DNA of 61,253 nucleotides, counting the filler, from Diploschistes diacapsis (Eukaryota): the NCBI GenBank assembly GCA_023645945.1. It is 5 parts of 5 records of this genome, joined end to end, with 100 filler letters (N's around TTAATTAATTAA, not from the genome) between each part and the next. Parts side by side here need not be neighbours in the genome. Positions count along the whole stretch, not along the records: positions 1 to 12,199 come from JALAIB010000764.1; 4 more parts are not named here. One strand, given 5' to 3'. Positions 1 to 12,299 of this stretch are shown piece by piece. The notes under the pieces are model-generated. The model was not told the origin of the DNA. It ran no database searches and saw nothing but the letters and a program-made list of their open reading frames with translations. Numbering within the stretch: the stretch's first letter is position 1; each line of letters begins with the position of its first letter. Position numbers and translations under genes: made by a program.

Positions 1-1065
1 GGATACGATGGCCATCTAATGGAGTCCTTGAAAAGGCTACTTCAAGTAGCTGCCTCAGCGGCTCGGAACGACGACGAGAAGCTCATTGTGTATCTAGACC
101 GAGAGAGGCGGCTTGTATATCGAAACAATTCATTCAATCGAAGGGAAATATCGTGAAAAACGTACGATCATTTCAGACCTTTCTCTGACCCGGGGTAGCG
201 GGAAATGAAATAAAACCGGGGAGCAGTGCTACTAGGTCCCATAGTATCCCTCGCAGACCCGATGGGAGAGAGGCTTGCAGAGCAGGCTCGCCGAGTTTAC
301 TCAAGGTAAGCGGTGGGCTAGCAGCATTTGAGGACTGGCACACCTTCCTCGACATCAACCCAAGTATGTGTGTCTCAACTCTTGGTGCCAGGTGCGAGCA
401 TGAGCACTTCGTATCCATCAAGACCTTAAAACTCGTTCACGGCAAGCATCCCGTAGCTACTGTGAAAAACCATGGGCTCCAAAGGTTGTATATCGCCAGG
501 AGCAGGGGGGCAGAGAGTTCCGCGCGGATTTCTTGGCGTACGGTTATGGGACTTTACGAACGCTTCATTCATGATTAAACTGATTCGAAGGTGAAGCACC
601 GGCACGGTAACGGAACGAACAATAGGCATAAAGCGGTCCTGACAGGTATCAACTAACGGAAGTTTTGCCTCCTATCACATCTGGCCCAGTGCATGTTGAG
701 GTGCTGTATCTGTTTCCGAACATGGGTTGTCTTTTTTTTTAAAAAAAAAACCCCAGAGTCTTCCCAGTTCCTTCTACTAGTATTTTGTCAGACCTTGACC
801 GCAACTCGGGCCGTGACGGTGGTTGTGATCCATGTGCTCGCCTCCAAACAATAGTATGCCCGCCACATTCAAAGATGGAGTCTCCAGATCTGCTCCCTTG
901 GCGTTCAGCTCCCGCACCTAGAACGCAGTGGGATTGATCGTATGATTTTGCACTGTCTTCGTTAGCTTTATGAACCACGTCTGGTAGGATGCTTGTCTGT
1001 TTTTCCGGAAGACTCACCTCTCCACTCAGTTTATTCGTTCAATCTACTTCCCGTAATACTGCAGC

Positions 1066-1737
1066 TTACGCCCTCCCAGGTCGTAGACACGGATCAATGT
1101 TACTGTAGTCCGTATCTTCCACATCGTCCAAGAGTGTCTCCGGTATATCCGCATCGGCATTGTTCAGCGCTTCATCTTGAGTCGCTTGGGTCTGGGAATC
1201 GGTGCATGGACGTTTCTGTGGGCCTGTCTCGTTTTCCTCTGAGCCCCTAGCCCTCTTTGCTGAAGACCTTGTGAGTCTACCCTGCGTAGCTGGTATATCT
1301 GGTGATATAGTCTGCTGCTGCTGCTGTGTTGAAAGTGATCCGGCAGGGAACGTTCCAGCATTTACGCTATCACAGAGCTGCACAACATCCATTCGGCTAA
1401 GTCTGTTACAGGCATAGCCTTTATCGTTTTTGACCTGCCATAAACGACGAAGTTCTGCAATGATCTGCTCCTTCTTCGAGACCATGCTCGGCTCGCTCAA
1501 CCTCTTGAGATAGGTCATGGTATCCCTATCAAGATCGATGCCATTCTTCGCGTAGAACATCCGAGAGACATTTCCCGGTTCAGTCATGTCAATACCCCAT
1601 GACTCGTAAATCTTGATGAGACTGAAGGTGGTCTCCTTTGCCCTTGCTAAGGCAGGGCCGGCTTGTGGCACGTAGGCGTGTTTGAAATACTCTTCTAGAG
1701 TATTGAACTCTGAGGGGGTCTTGCGTAGGTTTGCCAT
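1066..1737 (-). CDS. Hypothetical protein (223-aa ORF; true start may lie in an upstream exon)
   Basis: Open frame with a helical-looking N-half and a low-complexity C-half (polyQ, basic KRAR/KRP). No recognised family. A GCTAAC branch-like site just before the ATG hints at an upstream intron. Confidence 0.45.
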   Translation of the reverse strand: MANLRKTPSEFNTLEEYFKHAYVPQAGPALARAKETTFSLIKIYESWGIDMTEPGNVSRMFYAKNGIDLDRDTMTYLKRLSEPSMVSKKEQIIAELRRLWQVKNDKGYACNRLSRMDVVQLCDSVNAGTFPAGSLSTQQQQQTISPDIPATQGRLTRSSAKRARGSEENETGPQKRPCTDSQTQATQDEALNNADADIPETLLDDVEDTDYSNIDPCLRPGRA

Positions 1738-3567
1738 AGTTAGCGATTAGATACTTGAAAACTGCGAAACCGTAAAGCAGATTGAAATGCTGATGCTCTC
1801 TGGCCTTTAGGGGACACCTAATTGAGTTTCGATACTGGTGCACGTGATAGAAGTTCGATGCTGGTGCTTTCTGGTCGGTGGGCAGGACAAAAGGCCTATT
1901 GCATTCCTAAAAGAAATAAAGCTGGGTCGACAAACACGCGAATCGGTGGGGCATAACAGGCAAGACCGTGGAACAGAGCGTCGGGATGATATGTTAAGAG
2001 CGACAGCGAAAGTAGAAGATGTATGCTAAAGGGACGGTCCAAGACCGGAAGGAAACATGATCTGAAAAACCGAGACAAACCTACTGTCCTTCTTCATATC
2101 TGAAAAGTACTCTTTCTTTGCGTCTCTCCGCTAGTGTCTCAATCATCGTCTCTTAGAAATCGTCTTCCTCTTCCCAATAACGAGCACAACATGAGACGCT
2201 TCAACTTCAACTCCTCAACAAAACCAGCTCGTGCTTGTCGCTAATGTCACCCCAAACTCATCAACCCAGAGCCCGGTACTAAGACTTTGCTGCACAGACA
2301 CCATAATCTCCTCTCCTTGCACCATCGCTATCACTCGCAAGCAGCCAACGGCCCATCAGCTCTTAGCGAAGAAAATGAATGTGAGGCAACGAGGTCTGCG
2401 ATCTAGTTCTGCTTGGTAGCGTGACGGGAGCTAATTCATTTCATCCAGGTGTGGGTAGCAGGCTAGCAAAAGGATATCATAAGAGGAAACGAATCTCAGA
2501 GACTTTGCGGACATTGGGAGAGGGCAGCGAAAGATAGGGGCACTATAGAATTAAGAATACAGGCAACGACAGAGGACAAACGAGAAGAGCGCATATTTTT
2601 GACTCTGTTCGGGTGCGCTCTCAGCCTGCCTTTCTCAGAATTACTGGGTATCTCTGTAGAGGGATGGAAAATGGAGAAAGGGACGAGCGGCTCCTGAGCG
2701 ATGATGGCCTTATAGCTTTGAGGCCTATGGTCGTTCAAGCAGCCAAAAACCTCTGGTCATCATTGACAACATGCGGCCGCAACTGAGAGTCGGCATCAGC
2801 TATGTGAGGGCAGTGCCATGGCTGGTTTCAGAAGCCTATGACCGTGGACAAAGACATTAACGACTCTTGTTTGGGGCATCGCCAGTCTTGGCATCATGCC
2901 AAGCCCTCGGTTACCTTCACACTGCTGCAACCCTGATGTGGCTGATGCTGTCTCAGTTCTCCGTTTTTTCACTTCCATTTTCGTGTGTTTACCTAGCGAA
3001 AACGCCGTCTCAATACGAACAATGCCTTTTCCGGCATGAAGAGCGCCATTCTGATGCAAACAAAAGACTAGACATGCACAATGTTCGGGGGTTGACAAGT
3101 ATCAAGACGGCCTACGCCCCTTAGTACCAAAAGGGAGGCGGGATCAACCGAAACCATATGGAGGAATTTAGATGCCATATGCTTGTTTCCACAGCCTAGC
3201 TTGCTCTGCCTCTCTGCACGTTGCTGTCTTGATGCTTGAAGAGAAGGCACGAGTTGATCATACTGGTGCGAACATCCCCCAGAAACTCGAACTTGGTATG
3301 TGAGATACCGGCTTTGGGTTAGCCGCGGCGGTTCATGTAGGGAAGAAGGCAATGGTAGATATACGCGAATTGAATATGCTTTCAATACAGTTCCAGTACT
3401 ACCGGTAGTAGTTCCTCAGGAAAAAGCCTTATCGCTTTCTAGCCGCACTTTTGTACAAGCGTCTAATCAAGGAAACCAACCGGTGATCGCTCGTGAATAC
3501 CCCCCAATGTCCAGCCCGGTCCCTTTGAAAACTTCATCCAAGAGTAAATACAAGGAAAAGAATCAAT

Positions 3568-4572
3568 CTAGTAAAGGTCGAACTCATACTCCTCAGCCTC
3601 GGCCTCGGCCTCAGGGTCGCGAGCGTAGACCTCAAAGTCGTCATAGTAAGCCTCGGCCTCAGGGTCGCGGCCGTAAATCTCAAAGTCGTCGTAGTCAGCC
3701 TCGGCCTCCGCATCACGCCCATACAGATCGAAGTAGTCTGGGAAATCGACGTCGCGGCTTTCAATAGGGCCAGCAGCTTGAGCGCTCTCAGCAGGGAGCG
3801 CCGGCGCTGCGGGTTCGCTTCCACCAGCTTCACCAGCTGGTGGCTGGCCGGCTGGTTGCTCGATAGCTTCCATGGGGCTGCCATGATGTCCCTTGCCACC
3901 ACTGTGCTTGCTAACACCGCGATACTTCCTGTGGCCCGGCACGTGGCCTGTCTTGCGGCCCATATTGTGGTCCATCTTGTGGTCCATCTTGTGGTTCATC
4001 CTGTGGCCCATATTGTGGTTCATCTTGTGGCCCATCTTGGCGCCAGTGCGAGGAGAGGGCGGAGCAGCCGGAGACTCGGCGCCCAGAGCACCAGCGGAAC
4101 CGCCTTCTGCTGCTGGGTTGTGACGAACATAGATATCGGCGAGGTAAGCGTCGGCCAGCTCGCGGGCGTAGATGTTCAAGACTTCGTCGGAGACGTCGCG
4201 CTTCGTCATACCTTTAAATCCACCTTTACCCTTTGAGCCATGGCCTTTCCTGTCACTTTTCCTTGACTTGGGGTATGGCCCTCTCTTGCTAGCGTACTTC
4301 ACCGGGTATGGTCCTTTACCTCTGCCTCCGTTGCCCAAGGATTGGTGCGGGCCGTGGCCGGCGTCACCGTTGTTGCCTGAGGATTCGCCTGCATCAACCG
4401 GTGCACCGCCAGCGTCGTCGTTGGGTTGGGGAGCGCCACCTGCGGGATCGCGGTCTTCACGAGCAAACAGGTCCGAGGCTTCAATGTCTCGGCTGTAGAG
4501 GTCGAATCCGTAGGGCTGTGCGAGGGCAGGAATGACGAAAGAGGTAGCGGCGAGGACGAAGGCGTACTTCAT
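3568..4572 (-). CDS. Secreted, putatively Kex2/Ste13-processed repeat precursor protein (334 aa)
   Basis: Signal-peptide-like MKYAFVLAATSFVIPALA. Recurrent (L/I/V)Y(S/A/G/V)R motifs, KR sites, and D(A/P)EAEA dipeptide runs in C-terminal repeats. Single exon. Confidence 0.85.
   Translation of the reverse strand: MKYAFVLAATSFVIPALAQPYGFDLYSRDIEASDLFAREDRDPAGGAPQPNDDAGGAPVDAGESSGNNGDAGHGPHQSLGNGGRGKGPYPVKYASKRGPYPKSRKSDRKGHGSKGKGGFKGMTKRDVSDEVLNIYARELADAYLADIYVRHNPAAEGGSAGALGAESPAAPPSPRTGAKMGHKMNHNMGHRMNHKMDHKMDHNMGRKTGHVPGHRKYRGVSKHSGGKGHHGSPMEAIEQPAGQPPAGEAGGSEPAAPALPAESAQAAGPIESRDVDFPDYFDLYGRDAEAEADYDDFEIYGRDPEAEAYYDDFEVYARDPEAEAEAEEYEFDLY
3955..4039 (-). repeat. 12-bp coding tandem repeat encoding (K/N/R)-M-(G/N/D)-H
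   Basis: Plus strand cat(a/c)(t/c)tgtgg(t/c)(t/c) repeated about 7 times; translates as KMGHKMNHNMGHRMNHKMDHKMDHNMGR. Confidence 0.9.
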
Positions 4573-5749
4573 GTTGATGAATTTTGATATGAAAGGATAG
4601 AATGCAACAGAAAAAGGTTGATGTAAAAATGGTTTTTGGTATGCAGTTGAAACGTTCTTATTATTTAAATAAAGAAATAAGGGAGGAGCAGCATCCTATT
4701 TATCTACTTGAACGCCAACAGTAGATAGTAGCCTTTATGCGGGTTACTGTTTGAATTTGAGATTCCTCATAGCCGCATGGTTAGAGAGAATGTCATAGCC
4801 ACCGGCCTTGAGACACAAGCGAGACCCGAGGACAACGTAGAGTTGTCGGGCTCAGGATACGGTAGGTTCGGTGGCGTGTAGCTGCCCGCTTACCACGCTC
4901 CGTCGCCTCAACTCCTACGCATTATGATTCTCATCCTGATAGGCTTGGTGTATGCCCTTCGGTATTCCGCCTCAACAGCCTGTGTCAGTCGCATAGATTG
5001 TTTCATGAGAAATGTTGCGTCCGTTCTGCACAGCTTTCGGTGTAAGGTTTCAGCGCGGAGAGGGACCTTAGAAACAACATTGCCTCTATTGTTTTCTAAC
5101 AGGCTCTTTGTTCGGCCGTCCTGGTATACATCAGCAGAGAAAATATGGATTGAGGCTAAGTAGCTGCAGTGGGTAGTACTCAGCATCTCTAGGTACGTTA
5201 TTCGTGCGGAACATGTCTTGCAGACGCGTAGGTTCTCAACTCCGTAGCTATTTAGGGAATTTACTCCGCACCTCAGCCCTTGCGGAAGAGTTCGTCGCGA
5301 GAAACCTCGAGCCGACACGGAAAAATCGATGAACTAACGGTTGCAACAAGGCGGCCCGGCCTCAACAGAGGTATCAACCTCATGTGAAACTCTACCGTTG
5401 CAATGGTGCACTGCCCATGCCCTCTAGTGATGTAATTGCTTCGATTTCTGACCACACCCATAAACCCAAGTGCACTCACTGTCAGAACTTCTCTAACAAC
5501 AACAACCCCCACATTGCTGAAACCTCAAAGCCAGATGGCCGTATCTTCCCAGCAAGTAGCAGCGTCGCTTAGAACCTGATATAGTTTAATGGATCGCATA
5601 ATAAAGGAAGGTGGCGCAGAATGTTTTGCGTGAAGCCCGAAAGGGCTAGTGCTCCACGCGGGTGTTAAGTATCGCTAATAATAAACTAATAATTATCACA
5701 AAGCTGTACTAGGCCAAAAGCTAGCCGACTCTCTTCCTCTCCTTTCACG

Positions 5750-7600
5750 CCTCCAATCCACCTCAAGAAGCAGTGATATCCCACACGCTCAACTCGTTCG
5801 GTCCCCCAGCCCATTTGCACAATAAGACTCCCCCGAATACTCCATTCCCGCCAACACCGACCCTTTCCCGCGTAGAACCCCACACAACTCTCTCAATACC
5901 CATCGCCTGCCCATCAGCATAGCTCGCCCCGTCCAGTACCCTGCCCGCATCATTCACATTGTCCGGGGCGCATTCGAGATACCTCGCCTTCCTCGACCCG
6001 CTGGAGCCAATACTAAAAGCCACCTGATCCCCCACCTGCGCGGGGAACATCCCGTACGGGCCCCGATACTTCCTTGATTTCCAAACACTTACCCTGTTCG
6101 GCCCACCGCATCTCGCTCCGGTTGCCCGCGCAGACCATACCTCCACAGTCTGTGCCCACCAGTGCGGATCCCGAACCAAGAGTAACGCCGCAGTAGCACT
6201 CGGCGCCGTACTCGGTCCCTTCCAGTGGCAAAGCCATGTCCCGCACAGAAAGTCTAGCAGAGCTCGATAGTCATGTTCTGTGAACTCGTCGACGGCCCGG
6301 CGAAGCTGCGCGCGGAGGTACTGTCGTTGGCACAGCCGAGGTAGGTTCACGTCCCGTACGTAGTGCCCAGAGTTTGATAGAAGGTATGGGCTGGTCCGGA
6401 GGCACTCGGGAAGGGCGAAGGCTGCAGACTGCCGGCCGGACAGGTCACAGATGACATGGGCGCTGCTCCGCGGCCGGAGGTTATGTTGATGCAGCCTGGA
6501 AGCTGGGCGAGCATGCCGTGGACCTACTCTGTTATGATTGGGGGCTGCTCGGAGCAGTTGGATGCCGCCTTGTCCGACTCAGAGAGCATGAGCGGAGCGC
6601 AGGCGGAGATTTGGCCGTCGTTGTCTGTGTTAGCGCACTGTGCTAGGGCGGCGGTTTGCGTAGTCATGTTCGACCCGTTCAGAAAATCTCCATGGAATCG
6701 CCATAGGAGAATACAAAGCGGCCCCCTGCATCTTTGTTGATATTGTTGACGCCGTACAGCACCTCCTGGAAGAGGTGGATAAACTGCACGGGATACGTGG
6801 GCGGGCAATGCCGTTGCCCGTCTGACTCATTTAGGCGACGTGGCTGTTGTCGGGCTTGTAGAGGTTAACCCGTCCCAGTAGGGTTGAAATTGGAGCTGCA
6901 CGCGCAAACCGTTGGTGCGAGAGGTGGAATTCAGTCATGGGTCTCGGCGCTCTGAGCATCAAGGCAGTTGAAGGAAACGCGGTCGCTGACGGGGCGGCCG
7001 AAGAACGTTGGTCCCCCAGCTACGCGGCCCGGCTTCCACGTGCCACTCGTGCAGGAGCTGTTGCCGTCGCAGGTACCGTTTACGAGGGTCATTCCTTGGG
7101 TTCCGTCCAAGGTGTAAGTTCTGTTGTCGTCTGAGCGAGCAGTCACATCACCGGAGAGCACACGAAAGCCCTGTGGGAACGGTTATATACTGGAGCGATT
7201 ATCACCTCTGCCATGGTAGTATAACATAGTCCCACCATTTTGGACCTCTTCGAAAGAGCCGTTGGCGTGTTGGTAGTACAGCTGCGGCGTCCAGTAGGCA
7301 CTTTTGTCGTCTTCCATGGTGCACGAGGTACAATCTGCGTTGAGCAGATCATTGTATGTCGTGTTAAGGCCGATATCTGCTTTCCCTCAGCTATGGGTGA
7401 AGCAAAGCCAGTTTCAGGGGTTCAACGTACTGCTTGCACCGGAGATTTTGTGCACATGAGATGAGATTGCCCCTGGGTTTACGATGGGGTCACTTCTGCC
7501 CGTCTAGATATCACCGCTTTTCATCCGCCAGTAACCATGGCATACTGCAGAGCCGGAAAGGAGAAGGAAAGCAGCGCGCAGAGCGCTTGCAGGCTTCTGG
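5750..7600 (-). pseudogene. DUF1996-like + two WSC domain secreted protein, pseudogene
   Basis: Fragments across frames: YWRM..I*TGRSDPIVNPGAISSHVHKISGAS, DKSAYWTPQLYYQHANGSFEEV, FHGDFLNG, and WSC motifs GTEYGAECYCG / CAGNRSE..CGGPNRVSVW. In-frame stops at 7504-7506 (TAG) and 7183-7185 (TAA) plus several frameshifts. Ends approximate. Confidence 0.8.
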
Positions 7601-10360
7601 GTTTTGGCAAATTCTCGAGTACACAAAAGCGAGCGGAAATCCGAAAGAACAATGAGACTGCAGATACAAATCCTCAAGGGGTCATTATCTTATCTTTATA
7701 GTCGGGGAGTGTTTTAGTATTCGCATCAATGAGTATGTTGAATGACGAAAAGATCCACGCCCTCATTGTTCGTCCTCATGAGGCTTTAGAGTTTTTCCAA
7801 AAACATGCTGGAGAGCCATCGGCAATCCTCAACCCTGAATGGCAGAGTGATCAAGGATCCAGATTCGAGGCTAAGATGAAAGATTCTAGCAGTATAGCTA
7901 TAGAGGTTGGACAATGGCGTCAGCCTCGTGGCCAGCGATTCAGCCTAGCAAGCACAAACCAGAGGCCCAAGGAATGTTTTGCGGCGACGACACCGGTTTG
8001 ATACCTTGCCATCGGAGCTTCAACAATGGCTATATATCTTTACTGCTTCCATTGAGAGGTAGGAAAGAGTTTCTTAAAGTGATACAGTACTTGGAGAGCC
8101 GAGCTGCAAATTTGACACTTGAGTAAGGAGAAACGGGCGTAACAAACCTCAAGGTAAAATACCTCTGAAGGTAGCACATATGAGCTACCTAATATGTACA
8201 GAGCGTGTCTTCTGAAGCCACAGAGCGTATTCGCGAGAAAGCATGGCGTCTTGGTGTAATGTCCGTTCGAATCTCTCCAATGTCTTACACTGCCTTCCGG
8301 CTCCCAAACTTCCGTACCACAAAACGTGGCCATCACGAACTTTCGCTGTGTGACAAATATTGAATAGCACGGTCGTGTGACTTGGCACATCGCAAGAGTC
8401 ACTATCTTACATTGACGATGTAGATGTGGGACAGCGAAGTTTGAGGATTGATAATGAGATTCGAAAGAGAAGCGCCAAGCAAAAAACTTGGCGTTGGATC
8501 ATAATATTACCGGGGAAAAGTAACACCGTACATTAAAATGCTTCTTAAGACTTCTATGTCCCTTCATGTAAATTTGGATGTGGATTTGCGTTGTAGTAGT
8601 ACAGGAAGGCTGTTGCGGAAGGTGGTTAGCGCAAAAATGAATAACGCTGAATTCATTGGCATCCTCACCTTTGATAAATCGTGGATATTGAAAGAGTGTA
8701 TAATAGTGAAAATAAAGGGCCCGAAAGAAGGGGGGAGGGAATGTATTGAAAGATAAAGTATAAATAACGGTCCGAATAACCGCTGCCCTTTAATCTTCAG
8801 GATCAGCCTCCTTTCAGCCCCTGTTCGAAGTACAGCATTCTAACACCATGGCTGTTCCGAAAGGTGCTCAGTCTACTGTACTGAGTATCGATGAGGAGTG
8901 CCTCGCGCCGCTAAATTGCTATAATTGCGAGGGTGGTGTATGGAGGCGATGCGCTATTGTCTGGCTTCATGGCTGGCATGATGCTCTTGATGCTCTTGAC
9001 TTAAACTATCAATATGGACTCGGCGTCCGACTTGAACGTAGGATCTAGTGCCTACTGCTCCTGGCTCGCGATTGCGGTAGCAGTGAGTCGGCTATGCGAA
9101 GCCGTGTGGAACATGATTGTCAGTATCGAAGATTGATGAATCGTAGATCGGTGTTTTTCTAGAGGTAAGTTGGCGTTATTTTTGGTAAAGTCCTACTCTT
9201 AGCTTATTCTACCGTGTCTCTATTATCAAGTTCTCCTTCTAAACAATGATGGATATGGATCATGAAAAGTCCGAAAGATCTTAGCATAGATCATTGCAGT
9301 AAACCAGAATGACCTTACGAGAACCGCCTCAGGGTTGAGGTTAAAAGAAAAAGCAAGGCCCGGAATGAAGGCTATGAGATCTTGAGCGGGGGCCCCTTGC
9401 GGCTTCAACTGGCGTTTGGCCTACCCTCTTTGACCACAAGTTCATTGCTCAGAGCACCGCATTCCCAAGTGAAGCGGGTGGTCTGAAGCATTCCTAGCCA
9501 CCCTTGCGGACAAGCTCATCCCAGGCATCCTATTGTATACGAGAACGCTGTTCTGCAACAGACACAGGATGATACTGTGTGGCAGTCGTCGAGCCAGATT
9601 GTCCTGCAGCAGGTTATTGAAGTCGATACTCAAAGAAGTCGGGTGGTTCACGTGATTGATGGTGTCACCCTTGCGCCTCGAATAGTAGCTCTTTCCCAAT
9701 CTGACGAGCATCAAGGCGGCGGAGCTGAGGCTTCCCAATTAGCTGGTGGGTTGAGAGAAGGTGTGGGTGAAACACAAGACGGCGCTGGGGCCGATACTGG
9801 AAAAGGTGGGTTTTGGGACGCGTATAGGAATGGGGTGAGTATCCCAGGGCTCAACGAATCGTGCACGTCGGCGCTTATCCGATATGCTTGTCAGCGAGAT
9901 TGTTCCGTGGAAGGAAACCGTGATAACGACTATCCAAAGGCTCAATGTGGGTTATTATTCGTAGTATGCCGCAGAGACTTTCAAGAGCACAAGGTCTTTT
10001 AGTCCTAGCCTCACTGCGCCAGTGAGGCACTGGTAGGCGGTAATGTTGGTGGGCCATGATTGATTCGTGATCAGGTTTCTGGTTGAAGGAGAGGAGGTGG
10101 ATGATCTGAGTGAAAGCATGGAGAAGGAGGCTGGTGAGCGTCACAAAAAGGATAAGCCCAGTGGCCAGAGGAAGGGGGTTGTGTACGAACTCAAGAATGG
10201 ACGAAAGAGAGGAGCTATAAGCATCGGAGATACAGGACTGGATGCAATAACGCGGGCGTTGGGCTCTGAAGGCTATCTGAATAAAGCGCATGAAATCGCT
10301 AGTTTCTAAAGTCAAAGGGTATCGTACACATCAAAATCGTAACTACGCTAAAGCTGCTTC

Positions 10361-11383
10361 TCAAGGCGACCTGCTCCTCCGCCGCCTATCGTCCGGATAT
10401 TGTCCGCGGTCACTGCTCAGAGACCGGTCCCTATCTCCCCGTCTTGGCCTGTTGCGCGACCTTGATTGTTCACGCCTAGATTCTCGCGGACGTCGATAGT
10501 TGTTGTTTGTCGGAGGCCGTCGTTCACCCTCATGTACCTGGAAATCTCGGTCCGGCGACCTGCGTCTAGCATATCGATCCTCACTCTCCCTCTCGTGACC
10601 TCTTCGTCTATGCCGGGGCTCGTCCCTATACCTCTCTCGTTCCCTTTCTCTTTCCCCCGACCGTGACGTGGATCTCGACAGACTTCGATGCCTATTGTGT
10701 CTGTGCCTATGCCTCTTTTCCTCTCTCCCCTCCCTATTTTCCCGATGACGATGTCTCCTCTCTCCCTCCCTCTCCTTCTTCACCCTAGCCATTTTATCTA
10801 AGTCGTGCTCGCCAATAGTTGCTTTCCGCACAACGCCGACCGAATTAGCCCCCGTTCCTTCCCCTTCCCCTCCTGCTCTTCCAGAACCTAGAGGTCCGTC
10901 AGGATTAACCTCATACCCCAGCGCCTTGCTAAGCGCCTCCTGCTCCGCCTTTTTAATGCGCCTAATCTCCTCCTCGCGCTCGACCTTTGCTCTGTCGGCT
11001 TCTGATAAGGCATTGTCTGCGTTGCTGTCTGCGTCGTTGTCGGGTTTGGCATACCATTGTAGATCACGGTTTCTTTGCCAGCGGCCGACGGCTGGGGAGC
11101 GAGAGCGTTAGCGGACTGAGATAAACGAGAGCGGAATCTGAATCTGGAAAGAAAGGGGCAAGAGAGTGCAAGAGAGGGTTGAAAAATGTGGCGGGGACGG
11201 ACGTACGTGCCATGAGGGAGTGTCCGAGGTAATTCTCTCTGTGCTGGTCCGTTTGGACATCGGCCCATTTGAAGTCGGCGCGGCCGCCGCTGGGGAATGA
11301 TGGTTAGCACATGTCAAAGGTGAAACTAAGGGAAAAGGAACCTACCGGCTACCCTCCTTACGCACGCTTGCGACGAGATCCAT
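10361..11383 (-). CDS. MMTAG2 (MMtag domain)-like protein with RS/RE-rich tail, 3 exons
   Basis: Spliced translation [56 protein letters not shown] matches the MMtag N-terminal motif. Introns 11345-11290 and ~11207-11090 are GT-AG with CTAAC. The frame runs into the Arg/Ser-rich ORF ending at 10361. Confidence 0.9.
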
Positions 11384-12011
11384 GACGGGCACGTTAGGTG
11401 TGGTGTGGTGTATTTCGCCAAAGCTGCTTGGGTTTGGGATGAAGCTGTGGCGCAATAAGTGTGTGGCTTATGGTGCTTACCAAGGCTACCTCAGCCTTAC
11501 CTACGCGAATCAGGAATAAGGGAAATTCCCATACTTTAAGATTGAATCTCCCTGCCCGACTTACTAAAATCCTCCGATTTATTCTAGGCCCGTTGCTTTC
11601 CTCCTTTATTGTAAGGATGTAATGCGCAACCTAGGAATATTGAGCGCGAAGAGCAGACACACAGATGGATAGGCTAATCAAAATGGAAGCACCCTCGAGT
11701 GGCTGAGCGCTGCTGAGCATGATGGTGGCTCTAAGAGCTGGAGCGAACATAGAACGAGATAAGTACAGCCTAGAAGCCAGAAATCAGAACAAGGAAAAGA
11801 TTAGATCTCAATACATCAAATCCTTTTCCCCTCGCCATAGAGGAAGGGGGAAGGACCTTAGGACAAGTACTAGTGAATTACATGCAATCTGGGTGCAAAG
11901 ATTTATAGTTTTCCCACTAAATCCATATCCATCAACACCAGCGCCCGCTAAAGTCATGTCCAACGCCAAAACAAGCCAGCGTGTGGGAGTGCCATAGGTA
12001 AATTCCTAATC

Positions 12012-12199
12012 CTTAGCGTCTACTCCTTGGATTGCTCGGTAACCCCGGCCCCCTTCTTCCAATCCCTGATCCCAAATCTCCATCATCAGCCAACGCCCAT
12101 GGTGAGTTCGCTGCCATATACGGCCTCGAGCTCCCGGATGAAGACAAACCATACTGATTCCTCCCCCCACCAGAGCCGCCAGACTCATAAGGATTGAAC
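12012..12199 (-). CDS. Possible 3' end of a gene truncated by the contig end
   Basis: Frame reads YESGGSGGGRNQYGLSSSGSSRPYMAANSPWALADDGDLGSGIGRRGPGLPSNPRSRR* from near the contig edge; no family recognised. Confidence 0.35.
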
Positions 12200-12299
12200 N
12201 NNNNNNNNNNNNNNNNNNNNNNNNNNNNNNNNNNNNNNNNNNNTTAATTAATTAANNNNNNNNNNNNNNNNNNNNNNNNNNNNNNNNNNNNNNNNNNNN
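12200..12299. other. Artificial contig linker (N44-TTAATTAATTAA-N44)
   Basis: 100-nt spacer with a six-frame stop cassette, identical to the three other spacers. Confidence 0.97.

Noticed and set aside
1..156. Open frame at the window start (GYDGHLMESL..REIS*)
   Set aside because: Too short and without a recognisable motif to call.
3300..4535. Long plus-strand ORFs overlapping the secreted precursor (likewise those antisense to the RdRP, MFS and PBS2 genes)
   Set aside because: Antisense shadows of GC-rich coding sequence.
9577..10309. Possible spliced plus-strand gene
   Set aside because: Short frames with a possible GTGAGT donor but no convincing start, consistent exon chain or recognisable motif.
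12244..12255. TTAATTAATTAA palindrome recurring four times
   Set aside because: It is embedded in N runs as a synthetic six-frame stop linker, not biological sequence.
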